Assembly: GCA_013416795.1 (NCBI GenBank)
Contig: RQSC01000026.1
Location: forward strand, 740,335-804,334
Length of the DNA stretch: 64,000 nt
Direction of reading: 5' to 3'
Origin: Prasinococcaceae sp. CCMP 1430
Taxonomy: Eukaryota; Plantae; Prasinodermophyta
Below the pieces are notes generated by a model. It was not told the DNA's origin. It searched no databases and saw only the letters and a program-made list of their open reading frames with translations. How positions within the stretch are numbered: position 1 is the first letter of the stretch; each line of letters begins with the position of its first letter. Shown here in pieces: positions 61,792 to 64,000 of the stretch. The position numbers were made by a program, and so were the translations under genes.

Positions 61792-62162
61792 NNNNNNNNN
61801 NNNNNNNNNNNNNNNNNNNNNNNNNNNNNNNNNNNNNNNNNNNNNNNNNNNNNNNNNNNNNNNNNNNNNNNNNNNNNNNNNNNNNNNNNNNNNNNNNNNN
61901 NNNNNNNNNNNNNNNNNNNNNNNNNNNNNNNNNNNNNNNNNNNNNNNNNNNNNNNNNNNNNNNNNNNNNNNNNNNNNNNNNNNNNNNNNNNNNNNNNNNN
62001 NNNNNNNNNNNNNNNNNNNNNNNNNNNNNNNNNNNNNNNNNNNNNNNNNNNNNNNNNNNNNNNNNNNNNNNNNNNNNNNNNNNNNNNNNNNNNNNNNNNN
62101 NNNNNNNNNNNNNNNNNNNNNNNNNNNNNNNNNNNNNNNNNNNNNNNNNNNNNNNNNNNNNN
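61792..62162. other. Assembly gap (371 N) flanked by (GC)n runs
   Basis: Run of N. Confidence 1.
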
Positions 62163-62269
62163 CGTCGCGCGCGCGCGCGTCGCGCGCGCGCGCGGCCGGC
62201 GGCACTGCCGGGGTCCTCCAGTCAGCGCGCGCGCCCGTGGTTTCACTCAGCCCAGTCGCGTGAAATGCC

Positions 62270-62334
62270 AAATAGGAGTCCAATGAGAACACACCGAATC
62301 AATTAGTACGTACTGTAAATAGGAGTCCAATGAG
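62270..62334. repeat. 18-bp direct repeat AAATAGGAGTCCAATGAG x2 around the palindrome AGTACGTACT
   Basis: 62270-62287 and 62317-62334; palindrome at about 62305-62314. Confidence 0.85.
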
Positions 62335-63156
62335 GAGTCTGCGGTGCTGTACCAAAAAGTCTACAGTTGTACTGAATTGGGCACGCCCCCAATCCCAATG
62401 GCCTAAAGCACCCACCACACTCCCACCCCCCGCAAAAAAAAGAGCCATTTTTTCATTCAATGATTCCCACGCCGCATTCGATGGATCGTTTGCGCGCCGC
62501 CCTCGGAGGGGGCAATCTTTGCGCGGCAATTAGGAACGCGGGCCGACTTTTTGGGCGGCCTGTTCTTTTTTCGATCTTAGTTCGGGTGTGTGGGGTGGGG
62601 AAACCGAATCAGTCGGCTGGCGAATCGGCGAATCACTTCGGGGGCACGTCGTTCGTTTGCATCTCCGCCCGGGGCCGGCGACGCCGGAATTGCGCGAGGC
62701 CGCGGGCGAATTCGATCGCCGCATTTCGAGCGGCGGGCGCGCATTGAGCTCTCCCGTGGTCAGTGTATACGCTTTGTAGAATGGAAAGGCGGACGCGGCG
62801 GCGCGGACGAACCCGCGCCCTCGCCGTTTCGGCGCGCGTTTGCGCGGCGTCGCTCCCGCGATCCGATCGCTGCTCCGTCGCGTTTTTTTCCCCCGCCGCT
62901 CCGATGCGCGGGAATGAATTAGCGCGCACTGACGACGGAGGCGCGCAATTCCGCAGAGCGGCGCAGAAACATTTGCAGCCTCAACGCGATCGAAAACCAC
63001 CAAGTGATCAGTCGTTGGAAATCCGACAATGATCGGAATCGTCGGAATCGGATCTGGATCTCTGGTCTATTTGGACCATCAAACGGCGTTGTCTTACATA
63101 TAAATTTGGGAGCGTTTTTAGTGCGTTTGTTGGGCGTGTGCTCCCAAAAAGGCCTC

Positions 63157-63360
63157 CCACGTGGATGCGCGGGTCGTGAGGAGGTCGTGTGGCACGCGCC
63201 CGCCGGCGCCGACAGCTGCCAGGTGGCTGCCTCGAGGCGCCGCTCGCGCGCCTCGCGTCAGGCGGCTGGCGCGTGGGGCCCTCTCGCTGGCCCGGAGGGC
63301 GCCACTCCACGTCAGCACGGCGCCGCGGCGTAACGCCGCCGTGCTGCCATGCCACGTGGC
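63157..63360. promoter_or_regulatory. Cluster of ACGT-core bZIP/bHLH boxes (CCACGTGG, CCACGTCA, GCCACGTGGC)
   Basis: At 63157-63164, 63307-63314 and 63351-63360, downstream of an AT-rich island. Confidence 0.4.
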
Positions 63361-64000
63361 GGGGCGCATCGGGGGGAGGTTGCCACGCGCGCCAACGCCG
63401 AGCCCGAGGGTTTCAGCGCGTCGCCCGTGTTGACCTCGGAGGGCTCCGCCCCGCCGCTCGATGCTGCGGGCGCGCCCGCACCTCGCCACTGCACCGCATC
63501 GGAGTCATCGTCGTCCGCAAATGCGATCGAACGCGATAACGGTGCGTGGATCACGCGCGAGCTTGTGCGTGCGCGTGTGTGCGCGCGTGTGCGCGTGTGT
63601 GTCTTCGCTCGCGCGCGCGCGCCTTCTTCAGACCCCGAGCGCTGCCTGCGGAGCATCCCAAACGTGTGCTGGCGTGCGCCGCGCTTCTCTCCGTGCTCGC
63701 ACGCCAGCTGAGTTCACGCCAGGCAATCCGTATCTATCACATCTATCTGCAGGAGTCTAACGGTTGAAAATGCACATCATGTCTGTCTGTGTCTGCTTTA
63801 TGGCAAATAGCAGCAGCAGCAGCGCCCGACGATGTGAGCAATTGACGTTTGTTGTGTACTGCACGCTCGCTCGGGCCTGCGTCGCTCTACGCTCGCGTTG
63901 CGACGGCAGGGCTGAACGTGGCAGCGGCGGCGGCAGCAGCCCGCTCGCCGCGAGCGCGCGCTGCCGTGATGCGCCCCCGCGGTTCCGGCGGCCGGGGGCG

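Noticed and set aside
62270-62334. CRISPR-like repeat-spacer-repeat
   Set aside because: Only two 18-bp copies, no cas genes, and a eukaryotic intron-containing context.
1-64000. Hundreds of long Arg/Ala/Pro-rich ORFs in the six-frame track (e.g. 2581..4242+, 36424..38292-, 27229..28818-)
   Set aside because: They are antisense or alternative-frame shadows of real genes; very high GC makes stop codons rare. They carry no family motifs.
1-64000. tRNA, rRNA, transposase, reverse transcriptase or viral genes
   Set aside because: I recognised no such sequences by eye; tRNAscan-SE, Infernal and RepeatModeler would be needed to exclude them formally.

Overview
Eukaryotic, very GC-rich (about 70% by eye, not computed), gene-dense nuclear DNA from a green alga. 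The lineage call rests on ELF4/DUF1313, a GFS12-type BEACH gene, plant-type GLDH and DHAD, and TTTAGGG-type telo-boxes; a prasinophyte- or Prasinoderma-like source is inference only. I support about 24 protein-coding genes, many with short GT-AG introns that I spliced by hand. Confident calls: UPF2, kinesin-6, LRRC56/ODA8, DHAD, AP-3 mu, GFS12/WDR81, an ELF4-like protein, GLDH, MAPK15 and AATF/Bfr2. I recognised no rRNA, tRNA, CRISPR array or transposon. There are two N gaps and one single N. Most long ORFs in the supplied track are antisense or alternative-frame shadows. The most interesting observations are: (1) a non-motor coiled-coil/GAF-like protein ending in a dynein microtubule-binding-domain-like module; (2) a transaldolase homolog with its Schiff-base Lys replaced by Arg; (3) a ubiquitin-like + PLAT module inserted inside an ankyrin repeat; (4) a ZPR1 A/B domain whose zinc finger is replaced by a LOTUS-like segment; (5) a proteobacterial-type LRR kinase; (6) an ELF4 clock-family protein; (7) a recurrent TGCGTTTTGA(T/C)G promoter motif next to cilia- and microtubule-associated genes; (8) near-perfect strand alternation, including a head-to-head AP-3 mu / BEACH pair. 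All family assignments are by-eye motif recognition from memory; no database search was run.
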